IMG/VR virus record: IMGVR_UViG_2617270998_000003 | Location: 1-12,248 of that record | DNA from: a virus | Taxonomy: Duplodnaviria; Heunggongvirae; Uroviricota; Caudoviricetes | DNA length: 12,248 nucleotides | Direction: 5' to 3' (one strand) | Part shown: piece by piece, positions 1 through 7,371 of the stretch | Position numbering within the stretch: position 1 is the stretch's first letter | Layout: each line of letters begins with the position of its first letter | Program-made: the position numbers and the translations under genes | The notes under the pieces: model-generated | Seen by the model: only the letters and a program-made list of their open reading frames with translations | Databases searched by the model: none | Told to the model about the DNA's origin: nothing

Positions 1-2
1 GG

Positions 3-710
3 CCTCATTCCGACTGGCACAGCGAGAACATGACCACAATGCGACACGCGCCGGGTGCAATCCGTCTGTGCTGGCACTGCGATAACCAGCTGCGCGATCA
101 GTTCACGGAACGGCTGGAATCAATGGCAACGGATAACTGTGCCCGCTGGGTGTTGTCTGTTGTGCGTCGGGATCTCGGTTTTGATGACAGTCACGTTGTG
201 ACAATGCCGGAACTGTGCTGGTGGCTGATTCGTAATGATCTGGCGGATGCCTTACCGGAAAGTGCAGCCCGTAAGGCACTGAGATTACCGAAGCCTGTTG
301 TGCCGTCTGTTACCCGGGAAAGTGACCTTGTGCCTTCGGTTCCTGCCACCAGCATCATCCAGGATAAGGCGAAAAAGGTGCTGGCGCTGAAAGTGGATCC
401 GGAGTCGCCGGAGTCTTTTATGTTACGCCCAAAACGTCGCCGCTGGGTTAATGAAAAGTACACGCGCTGGGTTAAGACACAGCCGTGTGCATGTTGTGGA
501 AAGCCCGCTGATGATCCCCACCACCTGATAGGTCACGGTCAGGGTGGAATGGGAACAAAAGCGCATGACCTTTTTGTGTTGCCTTTGTGCAGAAAGCATC
601 ACGACGAGCTGCATGCGGATACCGTGGCATTTGAAGAGAAGTATGGCTCCCAGCTGGAGCTGATATTTCGTTTTATCGATCGTGCGCTGGCAATTGGCGT
701 ACTGGCCTGA
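3..710 (+). CDS. DUF968-like phage protein with C-terminal HNH-like Cys/His cluster; 5' end probably lies outside the window
   Basis: Frame is open from nt 3 with no stop before the first ATG at 30 and no obvious SD at 30. C-terminal motif CACCGKPADDPHHLIGHG...CRKHHDELH. Position directly upstream of Q matches ydfU-like genes of lambdoid prophages (recalled, not searched). Confidence 0.6.
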   Translation, partial: PHSDWHSENMTTMRHAPGAIRLCWHCDNQLRDQFTERLESMATDNCARWVLSVVRRDLGFDDSHVVTMPELCWWLIRNDLADALPESAARKALRLPKPVVPSVTRESDLVPSVPATSIIQDKAKKVLALKVDPESPESFMLRPKRRRWVNEKYTRWVKTQPCACCGKPADDPHHLIGHGQGGMGTKAHDLFVLPLCRKHHDELHADTVAFEEKYGSQLELIFRFIDRALAIGVLA

Positions 711-727
711 TTTTGTGGAGAAAGGTG

Positions 728-1093
728 ATGCGTGATATTCAGATGATACTTGAACGTTGGGGAGCATGGGCTGCGAGTGATAACTCTGGTGTTGATTATT
801 CACCTATAGCTGCTGGGTTTAAGGGACTTCTTCCCTATACCAGCAAGAAACGCTTGGCTTGTTCGGATAGTGATGCATTAATTATTGAAGGTTGTCTTGC
901 TCGTCTAAAGCAAAAAAGACCTTATGAGCATTCGCTTCTTGTGGCACATTATTTATACAGAATATCCAAGCGTAAGATTGCAAAGGCGCGTGGAAAGGAT
1001 GAGAAATTGATACGTATAGAAATACAGCTAGCCGAAGGATTTATTGATGGCTGCCTTTCCATGCTAGATCTAACATTAGATTTGGACGTTTAA
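728..1093 (+). CDS. Q: Late-gene antitermination protein Q (Q82/QuuQ-like)
   Basis: ATG at 728 preceded by GGAG (717-720); the track's 713 start is a TTG. N-terminus MRDIQMILERWGAWAA...IAAGFKGL closely resembles E. coli prophage Q antiterminators as I recall them. Lies upstream of the lysis cassette. Confidence 0.8.
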   Translation: MRDIQMILERWGAWAASDNSGVDYSPIAAGFKGLLPYTSKKRLACSDSDALIIEGCLARLKQKRPYEHSLLVAHYLYRISKRKIAKARGKDEKLIRIEIQLAEGFIDGCLSMLDLTLDLDV

Positions 1094-1096
1094 TAA

Positions 1097-1128
1097 AATA
1101 CGCCCCATGCAGGGGCGTATTATTTACT
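1097..1128. terminator. Bidirectional intrinsic terminator between the convergent Q and KAP NTPase genes
   Basis: Perfect 10-bp stem AATACGCCCC (1097-1106) / GGGGCGTATT (1112-1121) with 5-nt loop ATGCA; T/A-rich on both sides (TTAATAAAA upstream, TATTTACT downstream). Sits between stop codons at 1091-1093 and 1124-1126. Confidence 0.65.
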
Positions 1129-2455
1129 GAATGAATGACATTTGATTGATATATTTTATCAATAACTCTCTGGGTGTAGTGCTCCAAAAATTTAGGTGGT
1201 CATAATCAGTATAAACTTTGGTGAACCTTTTTAGTTCTTCATCACTTTTAGGAGCAAATCGCTCATTAAGAGTAATACTGTCTTTAATTATTCCAAAGAA
1301 TACAATTGATATTTTAGGGATTTTCGAACTCATCTCATAAGAATAAGGTATCTCTTTTATTTTAAGCAGGTCTGCTAAATAAGATATAGATTCAGCGGTA
1401 ATTTCGTGTTTTAGTTTTTCCTTGTCACCAAAGCAATGTATGAAGACAGCTACGACAAAGATCATATTTATAAAACGATCACTACTGTTGTCTTCATTGT
1501 CGTTTAACAGTTGAAAAATGTTAAGATTGCGTGAAAATGTTTGTGTTTCACGTAATGATAAGTTGGTTCGTTGAATTAAATCACGGATAAAATAACCTGA
1601 TAAGCTATTGATTTCATTTAATGATCTTGTTTTTTCTACAAGGTAATTCCAATATATAACAGAGGCTTTACATACGTCGTGACCATTTATCAAACATGTA
1701 TCTGGAAGCGTGATGGTATATTTTATAAACTTGTCAAGATACTTTTGTGAGTTAATACTATAACCATAAATATGATTTATCGATGCTCTTAATTGTTCTG
1801 TGTTTGTAACTAAAATAAAAAAGACATTATTGATGTCAAAAATGTGTTTTATTGTTTCAATGACATTTGTTGAAAAACTCGGCTTACATCGGTCTAATTC
1901 ATCAATTATAATTACTATCTTTTGATTTTCTGAAATACTTTCGATGCAAGATTTAAGTGAATTTATGTTTTTCTCTGATTCCATATGGTCTTCAAGCAAA
2001 TTTTCAATAGTCCCATCTATTGCTGCATTGCTTGCTTTCTTCATCGCATCTTGGAATTCTTCGGCAACTTCACTAGCCTCCTGTCGTAAAAACCAACCTG
2101 CACCAGCTTTTAGTACAGTTTTTAAACCAAATCGAATTGCAGGAAGAGATCTCTTAATGAAGTGTTGTTTTTCTTCCTCAGGCAAAATGCTGGCAATTGC
2201 AGAGGTTATGAGAAGTAATGGAGATTCTGCATGATCCCCTTTAAAGGCATCAATATAAACAACTTTAGATTCGGGTTCTTGCTCAATAATGAGATTTTTC
2301 AGTTTGATACTAAATTCTGATTTCCCTGTTCCCCATGCGCCATCTATTACCAGTGGTGAAATGTCTGCCTCTGGTTTTAGCAACTTGATGATATTTTCAG
2401 CGATGTTTCTTCGTTGGAACTCGTCACGTTCAGTGAACGATAGTGTATCTAACAT
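1124..2455 (-). CDS. KAP-family P-loop NTPase (PifA-like), 443 aa, in an AT-rich insertion
   Basis: Walker A GAWGTGKS near residue 40; Walker B with the KAP-type hhhhDELDR signature (IVIIIDELDRCKP); no evident transmembrane helices. Only minus-strand gene in the window; about 32% GC versus over 50% in flanking phage genes. Confidence 0.8.
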   Translation of the reverse strand: MLDTLSFTERDEFQRRNIAENIIKLLKPEADISPLVIDGAWGTGKSEFSIKLKNLIIEQEPESKVVYIDAFKGDHAESPLLLITSAIASILPEEEKQHFIKRSLPAIRFGLKTVLKAGAGWFLRQEASEVAEEFQDAMKKASNAAIDGTIENLLEDHMESEKNINSLKSCIESISENQKIVIIIDELDRCKPSFSTNVIETIKHIFDINNVFFILVTNTEQLRASINHIYGYSINSQKYLDKFIKYTITLPDTCLINGHDVCKASVIYWNYLVEKTRSLNEINSLSGYFIRDLIQRTNLSLRETQTFSRNLNIFQLLNDNEDNSSDRFINMIFVVAVFIHCFGDKEKLKHEITAESISYLADLLKIKEIPYSYEMSSKIPKISIVFFGIIKDSITLNERFAPKSDEELKRFTKVYTDYDHLNFWSTTPRELLIKYINQMSFIQ

Positions 2456-2517
2456 AATATAAACCTGTTAACTCCTACAGTAAAAAACGAATAATACGAC
2501 TTTGGGATTAAAAATCA

Positions 2518-2546
2518 TTAACGCGGTCCGCAAAAATTCTTGTAAT
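2518..2546 (+). promoter_or_regulatory. Candidate late promoter (PR'-like) and Q-utilisation region
   Basis: TTAACG (2518-2523), 17-bp spacer, TGTAAT (2541-2546); located about 35 bp upstream of a strong terminator and about 200 bp upstream of the holin, as for lambda PR'/tR'. Hexamer match is imperfect. Confidence 0.4.
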
Positions 2547-2578
2547 CTGTTAAGAGTGGTTACTTCGCCACACAGCTT

Positions 2579-2610
2579 AAACCCGCCATTGAGCGGGTTT
2601 TGTCTTTTCT
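2579..2610 (+). terminator. Intrinsic terminator (tR'-like) ending a short late-leader transcript
   Basis: 8-bp stem AAACCCGC (2579-2586) / GCGGGTTT (2593-2600), 6-nt loop, then TTTTGTCTTTTCT. Confidence 0.6.
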
Positions 2611-2752
2611 GGGCCTTGGTATTCGTTGGGCTTGGTCTATCTAGTACTTATCCATTGGCTCGACTTCTTTTACGTTTCCGCTTCTGATTTGCGGTTCGTG
2701 GTACTCCCTCAATTTACACCTCCTGTATCGGCGAGGTGAGAGATAACTACAA

Positions 2753-3079
2753 ATGCCTCATAACCCAAATACCTGGCTGGAGTTGTTCCAGAGCTGGTGG
2801 CGTGGAGATACGCCTCTTGGCGCAGTGATTATGTCGATTGTTATGGCTGGATTGCGCATTGCCTATTTTGGCGGTGGTGGTGGGGGGAAGCGAAAAACGC
2901 TCGAGATTTTGCTCTGTGGTGCTCTGACGCTGACTTTTGCATCCGCTCTTGAGTATGTCGGATGGCCTAAATCACTTTCTGTTGCCATTGGTGGCGGTGT
3001 TGGGCTGATTGGTGTCGATGCAATTCGTGGGGCTGCAATGAGAGTGATCGGTAACAAGTTTGGTGGCTCTAAGGAGTAA
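2753..3079 (+). CDS. S: Holin, lambda S-like (class I, three predicted TMDs)
   Basis: 108 aa with hydrophobic segments and a charged C-terminus; resembles lambda S in architecture; immediately precedes the endolysin with stop 3077-3079 and the R SD AAGGAG at 3071-3076. Confidence 0.8.
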   Translation: MPHNPNTWLELFQSWWRGDTPLGAVIMSIVMAGLRIAYFGGGGGGKRKTLEILLCGALTLTFASALEYVGWPKSLSVAIGGGVGLIGVDAIRGAAMRVIGNKFGGSKE

Positions 3080-3082
3080 TTT

Positions 3083-3559
3083 ATGCAGATACTAAATTCC
3101 CAGCGTAAAGCTTTCCTGGATATGGTGGCATGGTCAGAAGGAACGGATAACGGGCGACAACCGACACATAATCACGGTTATGACGTTATTGTCGGTGGTG
3201 AACTCTTCACTGATTACTCCGACCACCCTCGCAAACTTGTCACGCTAAACCCAAAACTTAAATCAACGGCTGCTGGACGCTACCAGATTCTTTCCCGATG
3301 GTGGGATGCTTACCGTAAACAGCTTGGTCTGAAAGACTTCTCCCCCAAAAGCCAGGACGCAGTGGCATTGCAGCAGATTAAAGAGCGTGGCGCTTTACCG
3401 ATGATTGATCGCGGTGATATCCGTCAGGCTATCGATCGTTGCAGCAATATCTGGGCTTCACTGCCGGGTGCAGGTTACGGTCAGTATGAACATAAAATCG
3501 GTGACCTGATTGCCCGATTTAAAGAGGCTGGTGGGGGGGGAAATGAAGTTGAGTTATAA
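3083..3559 (+). CDS. R: Endolysin, lambda R-type lytic transglycosylase
   Basis: Near-identity over long stretches to lambda R as I recall it (QRKAFLDMVAWSEGTDNGRQ..., HGYDVIVGGELFTDYSDHPRKLVTLNPKLKST, RYQILSRWWDAYRKQLGLKDFSPKSQDAVALQQIKERGALPMIDRGDIRQAIDRCSNIWASLPGAGYGQ). SD AAGGAG 3071-3076. Confidence 0.95.
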   Translation: MQILNSQRKAFLDMVAWSEGTDNGRQPTHNHGYDVIVGGELFTDYSDHPRKLVTLNPKLKSTAAGRYQILSRWWDAYRKQLGLKDFSPKSQDAVALQQIKERGALPMIDRGDIRQAIDRCSNIWASLPGAGYGQYEHKIGDLIARFKEAGGGGNEVEL

Positions 3560-3977
3560 GCTGATTATCGCTGCTTTTTTCGTTACTGCCATTGGTTCTT
3601 TCATCTGGTCAGCCAGCTACTACTACAGCAAATATCAGTACGAAAAGAAACGTGCTGATGAGGCTGTACAAAATGCTGAATCAGCAACTGCCATTACCAA
3701 TAACGTCCTGCAATCAATGCAAATCGTCAATACAGTTTGGGAGGCTAACCAGCATGCAAAACAGCAGATCGCACTGGAGTCACAGAGAACCCAGGAAGAT
3801 ATCAAAGTGGCTGTTGCGGATGATGATTGTGCTTCACGTCCTGTGCCTGCTGCCGCTGCTGACCGGTTGCGAAAGTACGCGGACAGTTTACGTAACAGTA
3901 CCTCCAATTCCGCTTCCAGCTACTCTGACTTTGGAAACGCCAGTACCGCACATACCAGATACCCTGACCTATGGTGA
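3543..3977 (+). CDS. Rz: i-spanin (Rz-like), N-terminal TMD
   Basis: ATG at 3543 follows the G8 tract (3533-3540) and overlaps the 3' end of R; the track's 3510 start is a TTG inside R. N-terminal hydrophobic helix KLIIAAFFVTAIGSFIW and a charged, helical central region. C-terminal 25 aa are Ser-rich and atypical. Confidence 0.65.
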   Translation: MKLSYKLIIAAFFVTAIGSFIWSASYYYSKYQYEKKRADEAVQNAESATAITNNVLQSMQIVNTVWEANQHAKQQIALESQRTQEDIKVAVADDDCASRPVPAAAADRLRKYADSLRNSTSNSASSYSDFGNASTAHTRYPDLW

Positions 3978-4068
3978 CAGCCTGGAGTTGAATGTGAGTC
4001 TGTTGTCGGCGTTGGAACAGTGTAATTTTGATAAAGCGACAATAAAAAGTATTGATGCTAACAAGTAA
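3820..4068 (+). CDS. Rz1: o-spanin (Rz1-like) lipoprotein, +1 frame relative to Rz
   Basis: ATG at 3820 inside Rz; signal peptide MMIVLHVLCLLPLLTG|C with lipobox LTGC; Pro-rich mature region VPPIPLPATLTLETPVPHIP. Extends 91 nt past the Rz stop. Confidence 0.6.
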   Translation: MMIVLHVLCLLPLLTGCESTRTVYVTVPPIPLPATLTLETPVPHIPDTLTYGDSLELNVSLLSALEQCNFDKATIKSIDANK

Positions 4069-4130
4069 AAGAGCCTGCACCTTTATAGAGATGATTCCAT
4101 GTTAATATCGCTCCTTTAACGGGAGGCATT

Positions 4131-4622
4131 ATGATGGATTGGAATATGTGGTCTGCTATTGGGGCTTGTGGTTCGGCTATCGCGTCTTTTGGGGCGTTGT
4201 GTTATGCCCGTAAGGCGTTAAACACATGGAATAGACAGGAGCAATTTAAAGTAAAGTTAGAGTTTAAGAGAGCTTTACTTCAGTTGGAGGATGCCTTTGA
4301 GGCAATGCCTGATAATTGGAATTCCGTACAGTATAGAATAGCCAAAACATTTGCGTCTCAGCGGGGCAACGATATATATAATGGAGTTGTTGAGGCTGAA
4401 AAACAGCTGTTTTATAAAAAACAAAACCTTAATTTAGCGTACGGACATTCCGTACAGGCATGGGTTTTGTGTGAAGAACTGTTTAAAGACAATACTATTC
4501 ATGATGAATGGAAAGCTTTCAGAATTAGTTATGATAATTACATTCTGAATGGTGGGAACAAAAATGATTATTTGCCAATGATAAAAAATATATATTCAAA
4601 AATTCCTGTGTTTAATGGTTGA
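4131..4622 (+). CDS. Hypothetical protein, 163 aa, N-terminal hydrophobic helix; AT-rich insertion
   Basis: SD GGGAGG (4121-4126) then ATG 4131 (second ATG at 4134). N-terminus WSAIGACGSAIASFGALCYA is TM-like. About 35% GC. No family recognised. Confidence 0.6.
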   Translation: MMDWNMWSAIGACGSAIASFGALCYARKALNTWNRQEQFKVKLEFKRALLQLEDAFEAMPDNWNSVQYRIAKTFASQRGNDIYNGVVEAEKQLFYKKQNLNLAYGHSVQAWVLCEELFKDNTIHDEWKAFRISYDNYILNGGNKNDYLPMIKNIYSKIPVFNG

Positions 4623-4634
4623 TTTCTATACGAA

Positions 4635-4659
4635 ATGGAAAATATGTTCCATCTTTTTT
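4635..4659 (+). terminator. Weak candidate terminator after the hypothetical gene
   Basis: 6-bp stem ATGGAA (4635-4640) / TTCCAT (4647-4652), loop AATATG, then CTTTTTT (4653-4659). Stem is AT-rich and may be too weak. Confidence 0.3.
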
Positions 4660-4670
4660 AGGGAAATTAT

Positions 4671-5021
4671 ATGCCCCCACGAACCCCAAAAGCCTGCCGC
4701 ATTCGAGGCTGCCGCAATACCACCACGGACCCGTCAGGCTACTGCGAAAGCCACAAAAGCGAAGGCTGGAAGCAATACAAGCCAGGACAATCCCGTCATC
4801 AGCGCGGCTACGGTTCGAAATGGGATGCTATCCGTGAACGTGTACTGAAGCGTGACAAGGGCCTGTGTCAGTTATGTCTGCGTGCCGGTGTGGTGCGTGA
4901 GGCGAAAACCGTTGACCACATCATCCCTAAAGCGCATGGCGGCACTGATGCCGACAGTAATCTGCAGAGTCTGTGCTGGCCCTGCCATAAGGCGAAGACG
5001 GCCCGTGAACGGTTAAAGTGA
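4671..5021 (+). CDS. HNH endonuclease, terminase-associated (HK97 gp74-like)
   Basis: Cys/His motifs CRIRGC...C, CQLC, DHIIPKAHGGTDADSNLQSLCWPCH; located directly upstream of terminase small subunit, as in HK97-like phages. Confidence 0.9.
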   Translation: MPPRTPKACRIRGCRNTTTDPSGYCESHKSEGWKQYKPGQSRHQRGYGSKWDAIRERVLKRDKGLCQLCLRAGVVREAKTVDHIIPKAHGGTDADSNLQSLCWPCHKAKTARERLK

Positions 5022-5047
5022 TAATAATTCTCAACTGTCTGAGGGGA

Positions 5048-5107
5048 GGGGCGGGTCAAATCTCTGTGACCTGACGTCTTCCGGACTGCCCGCCCCATCG
5101 TTTTTTT
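5048..5107. other. GC-rich dyad-symmetric element plus T7 run; candidate cos/packaging region or terminator
   Basis: GGGGCGGG (5048-5055) and its exact reverse complement CCCGCCCC (5089-5096) separated by 33 nt, followed by ATCGTTTTTTT (5097-5107); sits between the HNH gene and terS. Confidence 0.35.
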
Positions 5108-5146
5108 ATACCCGCGAAAAATGAAATTTAACCAGGAGTGCCGCAT

Positions 5147-5641
5147 ATGGCTGGAACGGTGGGGCGTTCCGGGCGTCGCCCCAAGCCAACGGCGCGCAAG
5201 GCGCTGGCCGGAAACCCCGGCAAGCGAGCCCTGAATAAAGATGAACCTGTTTTTACGCCCATCAAAGGTGTTGAGCCACCGGAGTGGTTCGCTGAAGAAG
5301 ATCTCCCTCTCGCTACGATCATGTGGCAACTGACAACTAAAGAACTCTGCGGTCAGGGCCTGCTATGCGTGACTGACCTGGCGGTACTTGAGCGGTGGTG
5401 CGTGGCCTATGAGTTCTGGCGACGTGCCGTGAAAAATATTGCCATACAGGGCAACACCATCACCGGTGCAATGGGCGGCAGGGTCAAAAATCCGGAGCTG
5501 ACCGCCAAAAAAGAACAGGAGTCCGAGATGAGCAGCACGGGTGCAATGCTCGGACTCGACCCCAGCAGCCGCCAGCGTCTGATTGGCCTGGCGGGGCAGA
5601 AGAAAGCCACTAACCCGTTTCTGAAAATCATCGAGTCATGA
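5147..5641 (+). CDS. terS: Terminase small subunit (P27/HK97 gp1 family)
   Basis: AGGAG (5134-5138), 8-nt spacer, ATG 5147; the track's 5138 start is a GTG within the SD. Basic N-terminus, conserved position upstream of TerL with ATGA overlap at 5638-5641. Confidence 0.85.
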   Translation: MAGTVGRSGRRPKPTARKALAGNPGKRALNKDEPVFTPIKGVEPPEWFAEEDLPLATIMWQLTTKELCGQGLLCVTDLAVLERWCVAYEFWRRAVKNIAIQGNTITGAMGGRVKNPELTAKKEQESEMSSTGAMLGLDPSSRQRLIGLAGQKKATNPFLKIIES

Positions 5642-7371
5642 GCAGGAAATCTTACCCCAACGTAAATGCTGCCAATCAGTATGCCCGTGATGTCGTGCGC
5701 GGAAAGATTGTGGCCTGCCAGTTTGTGATTCAGGCCTGCCAGCGCCATCTTGATGACCTGATGGCGGAAAAAAGTAAGTCGTTTCGTTACCGCTTCGACA
5801 AGGACCTGGCTGAACGGGCCGCGAAATTTATTCAGCTGTTGCCACACACCAAGGGGGAGTGGGCATTCAAACGGATGCCCATCACGCTGGAGCCGTGGCA
5901 GCTCTTTGTGATCTGCTGCGCGTTTGGCTGGGTCAATAAAGGCTCCCGGCTGCGCCGCTTCCGGGAGGTGTATACCGAAATCCCCCGTAAGAACGGCAAA
6001 TCGGCAATCTCTGCCGGTGTTGCCCTGTATTGTTTTGCCTGTGATAACGAGTTCGGCGCGGAAGTGTATTCCGGTGCCACGACGGAGAAACAGGCATGGG
6101 AAGTCTTTCGTCCGGCACGACTGATGTGTAAACGCACACCCATGCTGACGGAAGCGTTCGGGATTGAGGTTAACGCCTCAAACATGAACCGTCCGGAGGA
6201 TGGTGCGCGGTTTGAACCGCTGATCGGTAACCCCGGTGATGGTTCATCACCCCACTGTGCCGTGGTGGATGAATATCACGAGCACGCCACCGATGCGCTT
6301 TACACCACGATGCTTACCGGGATGGGGGCGCGACGTCAGCCCCTGATGTGGGCTATCACCACCGCCGGGTACAACATTGAGGGGCCGTGCTACGACAAAC
6401 GGCGGGAAGTCATCGAGATGCTCAACGGTTCGGTACCCAACGATGAACTGTTCGGGATCATCTATACCGTTGATGAAGGTGACGACTGGACCGACCCGCA
6501 GGTGCTGGAAAAAGCCAATCCAAATATTGGCGTGTCGGTTTATCGCGAATTTTTGTTAAGTCAGCAACAGCGTGCGAAAAATAACGCCCGTCTGGCAAAC
6601 GTCTTTAAAACAAAGCACCTCAATATCTGGGTGTCGGCGCGTTCGGCGTATTTCAACCTGGTGAGCTGGCAGAGCTGCGAGGATAAATCACTGACCCTTG
6701 AGCAGTTCGAGGGGCAGCCGTGCATTCTGGCCTTTGACCTGGCGCGTAAGCTGGATATGAACAGCATGGCGCGACTTTATACCCGCGAGATTGACGGTAA
6801 AACGCATTACTACAGTGTGGCCCCGCGTTTCTGGGTACCGTATGACACGGTGTACAGCGTCGAGAAAAATGAAGATAGACGGACAGCCGAACGCTTTCAG
6901 AAATGGGTGGAAATGGGCGTCCTGACCGTTACCGATGGTGCAGAGGTGGATTATCGCTACATCCTCGAGGAGGCCAAAGCGGCGAACAAAATCAGCCCGG
7001 TCAGTGAGTCACCCATCGACCCCTTCGGGGCGACCGGGCTGTCACATGACCTTGCTGATGAAGATCTGAATCCCGTCACTATCGTCCAGAACTTCGCCAA
7101 TATGTCCGATCCGATGAAAGAGCTGGAAGCAGCGATTGAATCGGGACGCTTTCATCATGACGGCAATCCCATCATGACCTGGTGTATCGGCAATGTGGTC
7201 GGCAAAAACATGCCAGGTAACGATGATTTAGTGAAGCCCGTCAAGGAGCAGGCGGAAAACAAAATCGATGGTGCGGTTGCACTGATTATGACGATCGGTC
7301 GGGCAATGCTCAAAGAACCTGACGATTTCCTCTCATCTCTTGATCCGGACGATGATCTCTTAATTCTATGA
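5638..7371 (+). CDS. terL: Terminase large subunit (HK97 gp2-like)
   Basis: 577 aa; size, position and acidic nuclease-like motifs consistent with TerL; gene order TerS, TerL, portal. Confidence 0.9.
   Translation: MSRKSYPNVNAANQYARDVVRGKIVACQFVIQACQRHLDDLMAEKSKSFRYRFDKDLAERAAKFIQLLPHTKGEWAFKRMPITLEPWQLFVICCAFGWVNKGSRLRRFREVYTEIPRKNGKSAISAGVALYCFACDNEFGAEVYSGATTEKQAWEVFRPARLMCKRTPMLTEAFGIEVNASNMNRPEDGARFEPLIGNPGDGSSPHCAVVDEYHEHATDALYTTMLTGMGARRQPLMWAITTAGYNIEGPCYDKRREVIEMLNGSVPNDELFGIIYTVDEGDDWTDPQVLEKANPNIGVSVYREFLLSQQQRAKNNARLANVFKTKHLNIWVSARSAYFNLVSWQSCEDKSLTLEQFEGQPCILAFDLARKLDMNSMARLYTREIDGKTHYYSVAPRFWVPYDTVYSVEKNEDRRTAERFQKWVEMGVLTVTDGAEVDYRYILEEAKAANKISPVSESPIDPFGATGLSHDLADEDLNPVTIVQNFANMSDPMKELEAAIESGRFHHDGNPIMTWCIGNVVGKNMPGNDDLVKPVKEQAENKIDGAVALIMTIGRAMLKEPDDFLSSLDPDDDLLIL

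Noticed and set aside
423-803. 126-aa minus-strand ORF across the DUF968/Q junction
   Set aside because: Entirely antisense to two well-supported + strand genes and their intergenic SD; no start signal of its own.
1944-2234. 96-aa + strand ORF inside the KAP NTPase gene
   Set aside because: Antisense to a gene with clear Walker A/B motifs; no RBS; composition typical of a shadow ORF.
2502-2687. 61-aa + strand ORF in the Q-to-holin intergenic region
   Set aside because: It spans the candidate late promoter and runs straight through the terminator hairpin and T-tract; no SD; it starts with ATG only by chance in a regulatory region.
2611-2752. Possible tRNA or small RNA between the leader terminator and the holin (tRNAs occur here in some Stx phages)
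   Set aside because: No cloverleaf-compatible arms or T-loop GTTCRANYC-like motif seen by eye; the interval is best explained as the late-operon leader.
3592-4068. Full 158-aa +1-frame ORF overlapping Rz
   Set aside because: Only the 3' part from ATG 3820 has gene-like features (lipoprotein signal peptide and lipobox); the upstream part is read-through in the alternate frame of Rz, so it is called as Rz1 from 3820.
4615-4848. Two + strand ORFs (4615-4848, 4619-4837) overlapping the HNH gene start
   Set aside because: Alternate-frame reads through the terminator-like hairpin and the HNH coding region; the HNH frame has the motif support and the SD.
4868-6185. Several minus-strand ORFs (4868-5329, 5128-5322, 5407-5847, 5832-6185, 5933-6139) in the HNH/TerS/TerL region
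   Set aside because: They lie antisense to GC-rich, clearly coding + strand genes with conserved order; long antisense open frames are expected at this GC content and the translations are Arg/Ser/Pro-rich.
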